Shown here: piece by piece, positions 13,071-27,112 of the stretch
How the letters are laid out: each line of letters starts with the position of its first letter
Position numbering within the stretch: position 1 is the stretch's first letter
NCBI GenBank assembly: GCA_002633005.1
Contig: NMRA01000366.1
Location: 184,222-248,221 of the forward strand
From: Phoronis australis
Lineage: Eukaryota > Animalia > Phoronida
Direction of reading: 5' to 3'
Length of the DNA stretch: 64,000 nucleotides
Notes under the pieces: model-generated
Told to the model about the DNA's origin: nothing
The model's database searches: none
Seen by the model: the letters and a program-made list of their open reading frames with translations, nothing else
Translations under genes and position numbers: made by a program

Positions 13071-16000
13071 TGTCTGATACCTCATTCAAAAGGGTGTAGT
13101 TGTTCCGATTGTAAAATATTCCCAGAATGAGTAAACGCAACGCTCCAACACTGAGAGCCACAAAATCTTTTGTAATGTAAACAGTCACAATACGACAAAG
13201 TCGCATAAAATTGCAAATGTGACAAATCACATTTTTTTACATACAACGCAGTAGTTTCTGTTGAATAAATGTCTTCGTTCTTTGCAAAAGATAGAGTACC
13301 GCAAATTTGGGATATTAGGTGATGTGGCATGAGATATTTTTGCCATTTTTGTTAATTACATCTAAAATAATAAAATAACCAACAAATAGAACATAATTAA
13401 TTCTTTCCTAAGGGACCTTAAACATATTAAAAATTGGAATTGAGGCACAAAGTACTGACTTAACCGTTAAACATCCTAATTGAGGTGTTTAATTAACTAA
13501 GATTCGTGACGAGTTATCCCAACATTTGCTAATTTTTCAAGCTAGTAAAAAGGTACATGTTTACTGGGCTTAATTCACAAGAAAATTTCCCTTGTTACAA
13601 AACTCATTGAGTGCGCAGTCAACTAAATGCAGGACGATCGGAACTAGCCGAATACAATAAATAGGTGGCTTCAGTTTTAATATCATTCCAGAACTGACTG
13701 TCAAAGTTAGTATCCGTGAGTCGAATTTGACAGACGTTCAACAGCTTCGTGCCAGAATACATCCAAAATGCCTCGCGTGAGTTGGAAAAATTACTAAATG
13801 TGAAGAAATGAACCCGACATTATTAGGAATAAAGAACTAGATGCTAAAATAAAGTACATATTTACTACAAATTAGACTTTCTTAGCTGTACAATTGAAAT
13901 GTACTGCCTGTGTAAGTCGGTCGGAATGGTGAACAGTTTTCGTTGATACAAAACAGCCTGAAGGACAAATAAATGAAAGCACTCACAGGAGCGTAATTTG
14001 GCGAAATTAACTGAAAAGTTTACGATGGATATGATGACGACGATGATGATTATGATGATGAAGGTGGCGATGATGAACATGATGATAACATTCATATGAC
14101 GAACGAAGCTGTCGGAAATGAGTAAGAAATAGGTGATAGTCTTGTTCAGTAGAAGGTAAACCAACAAAAGCTTAACAAAATCATTAATCAAATAAATAAC
14201 GATATCAAAAAATCTGTAATAATTCAAAAATTAAAAAGTTTTCTGAAACCACGTTCAAAACTCTATCTAATGGAGTAGATTCACAAAATTCCGTAAACTT
14301 TTCAAAAAAATAAATTTTGCATTTTTTGAAATGGAAAGTCAAATAACTCAAAATAGTAAGTTTGAAAAACTATTGTAGCAGATCATATGATAAAATATAT
14401 TTCAGAAAATGCACATGCAAAAATTTACGTAATTTCTTCATCCCGTTCAAAGTGGCACGCCAGCACGATGGAAAATTGCTGAAAAGCTACAAATCCGCCA
14501 TTTTCAGTTGAAAACAACTTCCTGTTTAACAGCACTCGACAAAAGCTAAAAACCTACGCTTGAAATAGTTCGACAATGCGCCCTCTGCAGGACAAAATGA
14601 TTTGGTTGCGAAATCGAGTTGGGCATGCGCGATGGCAGATATTTCCGTCAACTAAACGTTAAAGATTGTAAGCGCATTTGTAGTACACGTTTTCATCTAT
14701 AACTATACCGATTTCAACTGTTTACGTCAAATATTGCGGCTTCTATGAGCATTTGAATCTGATTTCAAAAACAAAATGGCCTTCACACCCGCCATCTTGA
14801 ATCCGATCATGACGAAAAACCATAGAGTTTCAGCTTTTGCAGAACTAGATGTTGTGTGTGATATTTGTGAAAATTGAACGAAAAATGCGACCTGTAGAGT
14901 GCGGGCAACAAAAAAATGAAGGCAGAGCACCAAACTTGGCGAAATTTATTTCGCCAAATAAACAACGTTCAACGATACAGTGCCCACAAAGTATTCAAAC
15001 CTTCCGGAATTTGGTTCAGTGTACTGCAATATGTCTTGCAATTTCCCAACAAGTAGTACCTGCATCCCACTTGTAAGTCTGATAGATCTCAGCAGTCTGG
15101 ATTTAATCCGTTACGCTGTGCTTTGCCCTGGAATCTAAGTAGTTTTTACAGCATTGGGACACACCACAGTTCATGAATTGCAAATAGAGGGCGCTGTGAG
15201 TGCCCTGCCAATGAAGATTTCACTAGTATCAACGTCACACTTAGCTTCCACGTTTCAAATAAAATTTTGCATTGGGGTAAGAATTGTTCTACTTAAACAT
15301 ATGACATCCAGGTGATGCCGATCATGGAAACAATGTTGTTGAAGCGGTGAAGGATGGCAACTTTCAAATTTTAAAACGTTAAAAATAACGCTTAATCAGG
15401 ACCCCAATTGAACCGTGAAAGCAAAGATTGAAACTTCGAAAAAGTGTAAAAATAACCCATATGCGTAATGTCAACCAAACTTTCCAGAGTTTTTTCCACA
15501 AATAAGCAATGGTACTGAAAGAGGGCGGACCTATATTGCGCGCGACATCCATATTACTGAAAAATGCAGACGTTTTCTAATTAGCGAAAGGCATAATTTT
15601 TCTAACTCATTAATACTTCTAGAGCAGATGGATGTCATTCCACTATGTTACCATTAAAAACTTACAACCTAACAATTATCAGCTGACCAAATACATTTAA
15701 CAAGAGCCCAGTTTTTTGTGCCATTGTCATTTTTCCAGGCTTCAGGCAAAAAATTGATATAAGTGATGCAGCCTCAAGAAAACGCCTGCTACATTTGCTT
15801 CAAACCAGCTAATTTTAAAGATCCCGAATACTTGTTTCACATTAAACTCGTTCAGGTTTAACCGACAAAACAAACTTAGCCGAACTCGGGTCGATCATGG
15901 CTAATAAATTTGTCAAGTAACCTATAGTTCCCAGAATGGTCAAAAGGGGGTGCAAACAGAAATGCTGCTATTGGACGATCGATCACACTCAGAAACTCAT

Positions 16001-19000
16001 TGTTTTTAACTGGTAAACTTGGTCATTCAATAAAAACCCTGACAAATTGTTGGTTTTTATGTCCATCTTCTCCACAGAATATTCCACCTTACCGATCAAA
16101 TAAAGCATTGACAAAGGGGGTTGTTCGTTTTTACACCTTGTTTCTTCCGCAGAGAGATTCCACCTTTCGATCCCTGATCCAATCATCATGTGACGAACGG
16201 AGTTCAAGTTAAGGTCACTGTCTTTTGATTGACAATTTTTTCACGGACCCGATTATTTTCAAAGAGAATACAAGACTAGATTTTCGGTTCCCCGATCAAA
16301 GATCGTGATTCATTTCGATGTATAACACAAAAAAACAACTTAACTTGAAGTTCAACTACAGTCTTATTCGCCAAAAAAGGGCTCAGCAACTTGAACCTGA
16401 CGGCCTAAAAGTTGCTTGTCAAGGCGAGTTCCAGTCGCAATATGACGTAACCAATTTCAATTCAAGCAAAAAAATAATAAAGTGGTGTTTTCCGAAGAGC
16501 AAATCCGCATTTGGAAGAAGATTGTGTTTTGAAGGCCAGAACGTAGTTGATTGTATTTTTAAACAAACCCTATTAAGTGGCACTGAACCCTTAATTTCAG
16601 TCAGATAACAAGTTTTTATTTAAACCATTCACCGCTGTAAAATCGGTCTTGTCTTGTTCCTTACTCGGTTTAGAAGTGATCTCAAGAACTCGTAAGATTT
16701 TTAGTCACGCCGTGAGCTCAACTTGACTAAAAGAGGTTACTCACTGCCAGTCTCTCGAAGCTCTTGAATCACCCCCAGTTTGACTAAGGAAAATTTTTTA
16801 CCAATTTCATAATAGTAACTAGTCCAAATCAAAAGTTGTTTTTGTGATGACAGCGTATTTATTGAGCATGTTCATCCCCATTTCTTTGAACTATTTCAAG
16901 GTGTCATCATGTATGCTTAGTGTTACTGAGCATTTGAAGAGGGCCAGTGATGCCCTCGTTTCACATTCACCGTCTTTCTTGCACCTACCGGCTAGACAAT
17001 GAAAGACCATAGACAACACTGGACCGCAGATTCCTCGAATCTGGATCACACGAGCACGACCTGCAGATCAAACCACTGCTCCCTTGTGAGACAATTATGT
17101 ATAGATGAAATGCTGCATCACTTTTCTGTTTTAACTTTATTTTTTGTGTGGATTTTATTGAATGTTTATAATTGTATGCTATATTTACCAAATACATAAT
17201 GCCGCGATACTCTGTGTTTGATTATACATATTTTTGAATGATCAAAATACGATTAAAACAAAAATAAGTAAATGAATTGAACCGATGCCCGAATTATTGA
17301 ATTAAGTCGGCCAAGAGACGTCAATGACACCGCATTACTCGCAGGTGCAAGGAAGTTTGCATCAGTTGTCACCCCACTCATGACGTCGACCATTAAAGTA
17401 TTTGGGCGAGGTGAGAGCGTAAGAATGGCCCTCAAACGGCAGATTTAATCCGACACTTTAGCTCTACACAAATCCATTGGAGGGTCCAGTATCATTCCCT
17501 TCAATCGACGCAGCCTTGAGGCGCGATTATCTTTTGCTGGTACTTCAATCGGTATCAAAGATATGAAAATTAGATCTACCCGGAGACGAATCTCCACATA
17601 GACTAAAGTGACAAAAGGGAAGGTTTCAATAGCAGGTGCCTTTCTAATGATGATACAAAGACCAGCTTTACAGGTAGAAAGAGCGTTTTCTTTACCGTAA
17701 TAATCTGTAGGCAATATTTTCACTGCAAATAAAATTACTCGAAGTGGGTGATACGGCATTGTTTGGTGAGATTTTACTTAGTCATCAACTCTGATTGACT
17801 GAATAGCAATTGTAATCAGCTGTTTAGTAAATCACTGATTTCTGATACACGTCAAGCACGTTTTCACCTGTTATTTTCTCGCCAATTTCGAGCTCGCGTA
17901 TTAAATGGCAATACCCTAAGATTTCGTGAAGAATTACTGAAAACCGATTTAGCGAGATATGGTTCAATTCAAAGAGCGTGCATTGCAATGATTACATTTG
18001 AACTAGTGTTTGCCAAAATGAAAGTTTGCATCAAAATGTAATTGAAGACATCGTTGTAAATTTGATAAGAATATTCTTTGCTTGGTTCCCGCAATTGGAA
18101 ATTTAAAATTAAACATAAAAATAACTTTAAATACAAGTGCACCTGATCATAAGCAGAAAAATGGATTTCGCGGATTTTAATGAATAAACAGGTTTTTATT
18201 GATTTTGAAGAGAATCTGAATTTTCCGCGGATGTAAAATGGTCAAAATAATCCTGCTGTGCACATTTGCACATTTGCACTTTTATAACGTATATTCGCAT
18301 CAAAATGCGGAGGATAATTCACGTGCTCACATAAAGATTAGGTATGACTCTATAAAAATGTCACTCAGGTAAGTTAGGCTAACTTCTGAACATCATATCT
18401 CAGAAATAGTTGATAGTAGTCATAGGAAACTTTGTTGTTGTTGTAATTAAATTTGGCCATGTCATTGATATCGTTTTTTGCTAACAGTTTGCCTTTTTGG
18501 TAAATTTTGTTGAAAAGTCATGGTCACGTGGTCCAATTAATGATAGGTGTGTTGATACCTGGCTAAATACGCAGACTTGTCGATAATGGCCACCATTGCC
18601 CTTATTTTCACCAGTTTGGAGCACAAAAAGAGTTTCACAGTTTACAGTCCTGTGTATGGTAATCATATTTTACTGGCAAGTTATCTAAAGAGAAGGTCAG
18701 AACGTGCTGTACATCTGCGGCGGCCACTTTGTCGGTGCACTACCAAAATTTGCCGTATTTCTTTCAGGTTATTTTTAAAGCATTCCTTGACGTGCTAAAC
18801 GAGCATCATTTGGGAACAAGTTTAAAGTATGTTGGTTTGCCCCATTGTGTTTTAACTGAAAGGAATAGAAGAGTACCTTTAATCCAACAAAGTTCTATTC
18901 TACCTTGAACACAATGTGTTCAGTATCACCGGCTTTCAAGCCGATTTGAACAACTTTTAGTTACAAAAATGGCACAGAATGAAATTTGCTGCATGGAGCA

Positions 19001-21550
19001 GGGTTGTGATTCAGGAAACAAGAAACTCGCGAAAACGCAATATCACGCAAGACTTCGCGAGATATCGCCATGCATAACAAGCAAAGCGTCTAATCGAACT
19101 GCGCTTTTCTCGCAAGTGTCTTGCGCCTGCAGGCGTGCCTGAAAGGAACTTCATCGTGCACGCGTCGCCTGACACGCAGTCAGCAGGTGGCAATTTGTTT
19201 AAATTTTGATTCTTATTTTTCAAAACACAGCCGTAATGTCGCGTGGAAGAAGTGCCGACTTGTTATTATTAGTGTTTTGATTACAACACTTACGAGCATA
19301 AATAACCCTATTTACACCAGACCAGTGACCAGACGTACCAATATTTTCTGGCAAAACAAAAATATTGCCCTTGATGTTAAGAGCGGAAATACAAGTCGAC
19401 TATACAGTCAACTACACCTAAAGAGGTTTTCACTGTTACCATTGAATATAAGGCACAACGTAAGCGTGCGGAACTTGAATTAATTACAATTTTAAATGGC
19501 ATTGTTAACACACGATAACAGTTTATTTATGAGTATTTTTAATCGGTGTCTCCACCTGAATCAAAGAAAAGAGGAACCATCGTAGATCAAAGCTCCTCTG
19601 AAAACCAAGACATATTGGCAAAAACTCTCCTAAAGCCGACCGGAAACCATTCTTTCTATTTTTTTACAAAGGCGGTTATTATGTAGAGGCACCTGAACAC
19701 CTGAACCTGTAATAGTTGTATCTGATCGTAAAATGGAATTTCCTATAGATCAAACACGTTTTCGTTTTTTACCACTGCTGCAAAACTTGTTAGCATAAAT
19801 TGCGACTGAAATAGTGGATCTTCTGTCTTTTATTGACGTAGTTTGATAACTCTTCTCTAAACCAACCATGGGATATAAAGGAAGACGTGCACGCCCACGT
19901 TAGGTTCTGCTGAAATCCAATCTGCCAAATATTGACCTTCGGCCTTTGAAGGTCGTCAACGAAGCAAATAGTCCCACAATGGCATTTTGCTCCAAGTCAT
20001 GATAACAAATTCATTCAATTTTATTCTGATTCGGACACCGTTCATGTAACCATCCATTTCGAGTGTATTCGAGTGGACATCCAATTTCCAGCATGAATGG
20101 GCTCGATGTCAGAGAGTAGAGACCTAATTTAAGTATAATAGTAAATTACGGCCAGTCATCGAAGACGCTATCATTATCCACCGAAATTTAGGTGATCGTG
20201 AAAATCGTGTGAACCAGTGCATCGTCCGAGGTTGTGCAATTTCATTGAAACATCGTGACAGTTTTAATTTAATAATAGATTGACGTTAATTTTGTAGTTC
20301 AAGATGGACTTAAGGCGAAATTTAAGTATTAAGTAATCCACTTTGCGTAGAAAATTTCCTATCGTTGAGGAATTTCTCCGAGGCTTCAGTTTTGTCTGGA
20401 CATTTCCACGTTTAAAATTTACAAAAAAGTTGCATCGGATGCCATGGAGATTCTTACGTTATTTTAGTAAACTTCACACATAAACTATACGTTCCCGGTG
20501 TTTTCAAGTCTCGCGTCGACATTTTTGACAATCGCATCTCACAACCATTGACAGGTTTATGTTTACGTTTACATATTTTGCAAGTTTAAGAGCTCAATTC
20601 ATTTCTTTCACTTCTCTTCTTCAAATTAATGTAATATATTCGATGTAACAGACATAGAAAAGCAGTGATTTATTTCATATCATGCAGAAATAGTTATTCA
20701 AATATGCTAAGTGGTCAAATACATCTACACCTTTGTTTCAAGTGAATTCAATTAGAACGTCATTCAACCATAATCCTTACACAGACGAAAGGGCCAGCTG
20801 AAAATTTGTCTCAATAGAATTGTACAAACTCCAATATGCATCACAATTCGCATGTATATTAACACATATCGATATCACAATCTCCTGTAATAACACGCCT
20901 GTAATGCGTTATCAAAACACAAACGGTAATTAGTGTACATGCGAACGCCGGCAATTTATTGCGACACTAACTGATGAACACAGAGTCTGATGATTCCAAG
21001 CAAATACAGTATACTAAAAAAATGCCTTTCCTTCGTGTATTACACGTATAGGTCAGTCATAACAAATGATTTCTTTACGCCAGCATTCCAAATCTTTTAC
21101 ATCTGTGGAAATCGAGCTTGCGACGCACATTAATTTCACGGGACATCTGTCGAACATAAAAGTAATTCTTATGAATTCAGTAAAACCATCACGTGTTTTC
21201 TCTTAGGGAAACAGTTTGACGAATGCTTCCTGATGCCAAAAGTGGTCACTAAAGATGGATATGATACGACTTGGAAAACATTTATAGCTCGCATGTCTGC
21301 GTTTATTGCTTGAGATCGACAATGGAGACGACTAAAGGGTATTTAAACAGTACACACCATGGACTTTTGGACATTTTGAATTACCGCTGGCCACAGACTA
21401 AATGTATGACGTAAAATTTAGCTAAACCCATGTTTATTTTGTGTAATTAGCTCGAAATTTTGATTTTTCTTTCAATTTTGCCAATTTTCACATTTGCCAC
21501 CATGTGACGTCATGGGTTGAACACAAGAGATCAGTGACTAGTATTGAACA

Positions 21551-21817
21551 ATGGCGGAGAGCAGGGAATTTGAAAGCGACGACGATTATGAGCAAGAATT
21601 GAACAAATACTATGAAGAAACGTACGGGAATGGTGGCCAGGATGAGGAAATGGGGTTGCACGAAAGCGAGAACAAGTTTAATGTGCTTCCGGCTGCGTAC
21701 TTTTCTACTTTGAGCCTTACGAACTGGATCCTACCGCGAGAGAAGCGGCCTCGGGCTCAGCGAGTCAACCCAGTCATCACAGACGATCCTGAATTAAGAG
21801 ATGATGTTTCTAAATGA
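21551..21817 (+). pseudogene. Truncated acidic N-terminus of the convergent second (accessory) gene of the Kolobok element
   Basis: acaATGG start just inside the inner IR; acidic MAESREFESDDDYEQELNKYYEE...; overlapping frame has FEPYELDP; ends in tandem TGA TGA. Identity is inferred only from position. Confidence 0.4.
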
Positions 21818-21829
21818 TGAATATTGCCC

Positions 21830-22090
21830 TTTATTGAACCAGGCCTTCATCGTAACGTCTCCTGTGACTGGAGTCGAAACACGAGTCCTCAAATTGGGCA
21901 GAACACAGAGTGGCCCCGGACCGAATCGCTTGCCAGCTTGGTCCACTATGACGTCCCACAGTCTCGTTCGGCGCACGAAGCGATGCCATTTCTGCGCAAC
22001 TTTGGTGTCCTTCGGAACACAGAGACGTTCTCCGCCTGGCTGCTGTTGCTGCAGCCTCCGGAAACACATCTTTTGATCCCTCTACGAACC
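21830..22090 (-). pseudogene. Frameshifted THAP zinc-finger domain (transposase N-terminus)
   Basis: Across three frames: KRCVSGGCSNSSQAENVSV / PKDTKVAQKWHRFVRRTR.W / ATLCSAQFEDSCFDSS. This is the THAP pattern C-x4-C...P...W...LCSxHF with two frameshifts and H->Q. Confidence 0.75.
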
Positions 22091-22453
22091 TTCTCGACGC
22101 TTCAAATGTACTTTGCTTTCTGTTCACTCTATACACTTTGTCTCTGATCAGAACAGTATGGCGATCGACTTGGGTTCAACCCATGACGTTGTACATAATT
22201 ATTATTTTTTCAATGTTTGCGCGTTTCTTTATGAGCTGTGCACTAAAGGCACTGAAATCAAGTAAGATAAAATAATAAAGTTTATTTTGAGGTACTAGAG
22301 TCATGTTGTGTACACTTTAAAGAAAGTCGTTGTATTGTAGTAATGTTTTTCACGTGGCTTTACGGTACTAGTATCGGCAACTTTATTCTATATGCTTAAT
22401 TATTAGTATTTTTAAATTAATATTTCTAACAATATTGTATTGTGGTATATTGT

Positions 22454-22790
22454 CGACGATCGTGACGAAGACGACAACGATGTCGACGATGGTGGTGATG
22501 ATGTTGATGATGATGATGATGATGATGGTAATGATGATGGTGATGATAATGATGGTGATGATGATGATGATGGTGATGATGATAATGGTGATGGTGATGA
22601 TGCTGATGATGATGATGATGATGATGATGGTGATGATGATAATGGTGATGGTGATGATGATGATGATGACGATGATGGTGATGATGATGATGAAGATGAT
22701 GATGATGATGATGATGATGATGAAGATGATGGTGATGGTCATGATGATGACGATGATGATGATGATTGTGATAATGATGGTGATGATAAC
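22454..22790. repeat. (GAT)n-type microsatellite
   Basis: gatgatgat with ggt/aat/gac variants; explains the poly-D, poly-M, poly-H and poly-I ORFs. Confidence 0.95.
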
Positions 22791-25700
22791 TAACGAAAAT
22801 GATGGTTGCGACGATAAGGATTTTGTCTTCGGACCAGAAAATACCGGGGAAGAGCTCCTGTGTTGGCCACTTATAATATCCGGGACGCACGGCGCTCAGA
22901 TGTGTGATCCTTTACACGGTCACATTTTCATTTTGCTTAAAGTCCCTGCACATCGCTGATGAAACTAAGCAAAAGAACTCATTTTCATTGCAACAGAACA
23001 TTTTCATTGCAACAGAGCTAACTCCTCAGAACAGCTGCACATTTTACCAAGATTTATTGATGGGCGGCGCAGCATTGAAAAAAAGGGGGGACTATAGCCC
23101 CTCCCCAGCCCCCCTGTGGTGCACCGCCCATGTTGCTGCGTTAAAAAGATTACAATTCAAAGGGTCGTTCATTCAATTACAATAAACAAGGGATTTGCAG
23201 AGTCTCCCTACAACAACAAATTGAAGAACAAAAAATTAGCATACTATATTATCACGCAGTATATCTCCTTGTGGGAAAATCACGTGGACCTGGTTTCCCA
23301 TCCTTTTAGATCCGCCTCTGTTCCTCAAATTATTTAAGTTATTGGCAACAGAAGCCCAGTCTATTGTAGCCGATTAGTCCGAATACATCGACTCGACAAA
23401 TACATGGGCCGCGTACAGCAAACACTTAGGGCAGATGCTGTGAGTTATATACCTTTGGCAAACAGGTTGATGGAACATACTCGTTCACCCCATTGACAGA
23501 GGCTCAAGCCTTTGATAGATGCATCGCACCAAAATCTAACAAACAGTTTTGATTTCTCCGACAGGATTTTCTGAGTGGGTTTTACGGTTTGCTTAATGGT
23601 TCTGATGCGGGATCATTCTCAGAGTATTTGAATGAATGCATTTATCACATTGGTTATTATTGATAGTACTGATGCACACCCGAAGTAACTTTAAAAATGC
23701 AACTAAATGAACGTATTCATCAATTATAATTTCAATAAGTATTACTTAAATCTGCAAAAAAAACGCGCGTTTGGTCGAAGAAAAAATTTTCGATTTAGCC
23801 AACTTACCGCCTTCAAATTAGTCTCAACCAGCTCCCTAATCAGATGAGAAGTGATTTTTGATCTTGCAAAGACCAGAGAGATTCTGCAAAACAAGTAAAA
23901 TGACACTCAATCCCAACTCAGTTTGCAGGGCCTTGTCCCTAGCAATAACGAACTGTCAGGAATCACCCGAATTTCATCTAATTAATATTTTGGGACCAAC
24001 TTCCTAACCATAAGTGGTTTAAGCCAAACGTTGTCTTTTGTGCCGGAAGGGTGGCTTAGTCCCTTAGGACCACCTGTACTCCCGTGTTTTGCACGACATG
24101 ACGAGAACGCACTCGGATTATATTTTCAATTTGCCTGATGCTATCGTCTATTCTAAAAATACGTCAATTCTTGAAATATTTGGCACACAAATAATCACCA
24201 AATTTATTATTTTTTATGTTTGAAAGCTTACTAACTTGGCACTCTGAGTCAGCATTTACCAGGCGCGGTACAAATTTTAATAACAATTTTTGAGAAATTC
24301 CATATAACAAAACTTCATTTATTATTGCCTCAAAATATAACAGTATCAACTAAACTTTTTAAATTTAATCTGCATTTACGTCATGGCAACGAAAGACTAT
24401 TGTTTAATCCCTTTTATTTTTTATCTAGAATAAGACGGTTTTCGGTTAGTTCAATTTTTGCGTTGATCGGAAGCAAACACGTTTCGATATTTGCCAATGT
24501 TCGATCTCGGAGGTTCACGTTTGTGCCTTATTTCCTCCGTAATTACTGTACATGGACGAATACGTCCCACACAAATTATGATACCGAGTCCCAAAAAAAC
24601 TCAAACTGGGGAGGAAGGATTAGAATTACTGAAGGTTACAAAGAGCCCATATGAACTTATACACAACTTCTGAAAACTTCATTCAAAGTCCAGTGGCCCT
24701 CTCTAGTAGAGGGACAACCCGTATTTGAACATTGCGGGTGACCCCTCTAAATCAAATACGATCTATTTGCCCAAAGAAAAGTGCATCTATTAGAGACCTT
24801 CACTTGCCTACTGACGGCAAGATTTTACCCAATCATACCCCGGGGCTTATTTTGATTAGCAGTTCTCACGTTCTATAGATTACGTAACATAGCTCCAAAT
24901 ACTGTCTTTCACCAGCAGCATATTTTCCATGCTTCTCGCTCCCGGGCATATTTCTATTTGAAACTAAAATTTGTCTGAATGTAAATATTTTCCATGTAAT
25001 CTTTTATTTTCAATTTCCTGCTACATCATGGTAAATGAACTGTTTGAAATTGCACTAATATTAATTTTATTTTGTTCTCAATTCACTAAAAAATCCGCAT
25101 TTTGGAATGTCATTACCCATATACGCCCTTGCGTTTATTAAAAATATTGAAGCCTATGACCCAAACGCTCTTATATATACAAAAAGCTTTAACGCATAAA
25201 ACGAAGTGAGACCGATTCAATAGCTGCTGGTCGGCTGAAATGTAATGAACTCACAGACGGCACCGCTGTCACGCGCTGGCCAAGGCGCTTCACAACATTG
25301 CGAAGGTCCTGTGTTACCACCTTGCACATATATTTCATTTTGCTGCAATCTTAAAGTTCGACTCAAGACTGTAAACTCAGAAAATCTTTATCTCACATGG
25401 CACATAACGGGAGTAACTTGTCCTATTTCACATTTTCTGAGTCACCTGACGTTTAACTTTTACACGCTGCAAAGTTTTCAACCGGAAGGACTTAAAGCAT
25501 TCTAAATATAACAGGCGTGGTATTCGGAAGCCGGTGGAAATCAGAGCCTCTCTGACCAAAACTGAAGTTACGCATAGCTATAGTGCATTATCTGTTCCAT
25601 TCACTTTTGATTTTATCAGCCTCCAGCGAAATAACAAATAATTCCATTAAGCCGCATGCAACCATCAATTTCCCATTACAATACAGCGGTGGTGAAAGCC

Positions 25701-26904
25701 CGACACTTTCACTGGATTTTAATTTATTTCCGAGCCTGTACAAACAGAAAGGCTGCCCTTATACTCCGATTGGCTTTGAAAGGTTGGAACCGATTTCAAA
25801 GGAGTATATTTGGACAGTTACGCGAGCGTTCCTAATTGTTCCCCGATACCGCTGCACGTTTGTGACTCTTCGGACACTGATTTTCACGGAGTCAACACTC
25901 ACAAGGTATCTGCTTGTTTTTATATCATTCAGTGGCGACCCAGATAGAAACCTTGAGCTACCGGATAGCATCAGATAACACCAGCCCTTCGCGTTATGTG
26001 ATACGATTGTTATCTGATACACGTACATTGTATACTCGTATACAGTGAAGTTTTATTCAGAATTTTAAATGAAGAGAACTTTTGTGAGATAAACACACCC
26101 GGGAATCTATATACCCAGTTGTATAAAAGGCCTGTCTTGTAGTCATGCTTGGCCAGCTTGGCAACGAAGAGCAATCTGTCTAGAAAATAAAAATAAAAAA
26201 ACACAGGTGCTTGGTAATCAGCGGACCTTATAAAGAGTTGAATATTTACGACGTTTGGGTTATACCACGAAGTAGTATTACATGAATCCACAATTTCTAC
26301 CTTGCAATTTACCAATTTTATTTCATAAAGCGTTTGCATTGTTTGCAAATAGACTACTAACGAAAACGGAAAACTAAGAGGCTAGTTTTTGATTTATAAA
26401 AATTCTGTTGCACCAAACAAACAGCAAACTAGATTAGGGGAAGAAGAAAAGAAAAGGAAATGATTATAGAAACAAAATGGATGCATTGCGTTTCGAATGA
26501 ATACAACTTTTTAAAGCAACGGTAAACCCGTGCTTTGGCTGTCAAAAATGAATGAGGTTACTTACTGTCAAAACATTTGGCTCCCAAATTACCTCTTCAG
26601 TTCAGGCGGCCCCCAAGTTACCTTTAATCTGACCAAGGAACAGATCGAGACCAATTTCATTATTTAAACAAAAACAAAAAATCCCTGACTTACGTAATTA
26701 AAATATTTCTAGTGAAATCTTGCACGAAATTGTGACTGAATGGTCTAACATATACTGATATTTTTGTTTATCAAGACGTCATTTTAGGATACGCTTACCG
26801 TCTTCCAAACTCTAAATTTCTTTCATTGAAGCAGTCGTGTCTATCCGCGTGATTTTTTTGTTAAACTCCATTACCAATTTGTAATCTCGAACGATCCCCC
26901 CGTT

Positions 26905-27112
26905 TAGCGAAGTTGGCAAAAAGGTCCGCCTCAGAGAAACAAAAGCTCCGAAAAAAGTAGAAAATGAGACAACTGTCCACTAAAACGTCAGGAACTACCA
27001 AAATTCGGCGAATGCACAATTCATAGCTTTGAACGTACTCCGTGAAACTTAGTAAAAGGTCCACATTCTTAAAAATTCGAGCACCCCAATTTTTAGGCTG
27101 GGTGCTCGCATG
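26905..27112. mobile_element. Partial inverted copy of the MITE at 31595-31815
   Basis: gcgaagttggcaaaaaggtccgcctcagagaaacaaaa...aggctgggtgctcgcatg aligns with the reverse complement of 31595-31795; one TIR missing. Confidence 0.8.

Larger units (their letters stand above)
21347..22316. mobile_element. Kolobok-type DNA transposon, internally deleted (~970 bp)
   Basis: TTAA on both sides (21343-46, 22317-20). Imperfect TIRs ACAGTACACACCATGGACT / rc AGTGTACACAACATGACT. Inner inverted repeat ACGTCATGGGTTGAAC at ~21507 and ~22174. Contains a decayed THAP gene on the minus strand. Confidence 0.75.

Noticed and set aside
21815-21820. Tandem TGA TGA between in-frame ORFs 21551 and 21824 as selenocysteine/readthrough
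   Set aside because: The downstream ORF is the antisense of the decayed THAP gene; the join is better explained as a deletion junction in a dead transposon. No SECIS was identified.
22383-22959. Poly-His, poly-Asp, poly-Met and poly-Ile ORFs
   Set aside because: All are translations of a (GAT)n microsatellite; the same applies to 223..495, 13865..14227 and 32139..32677.
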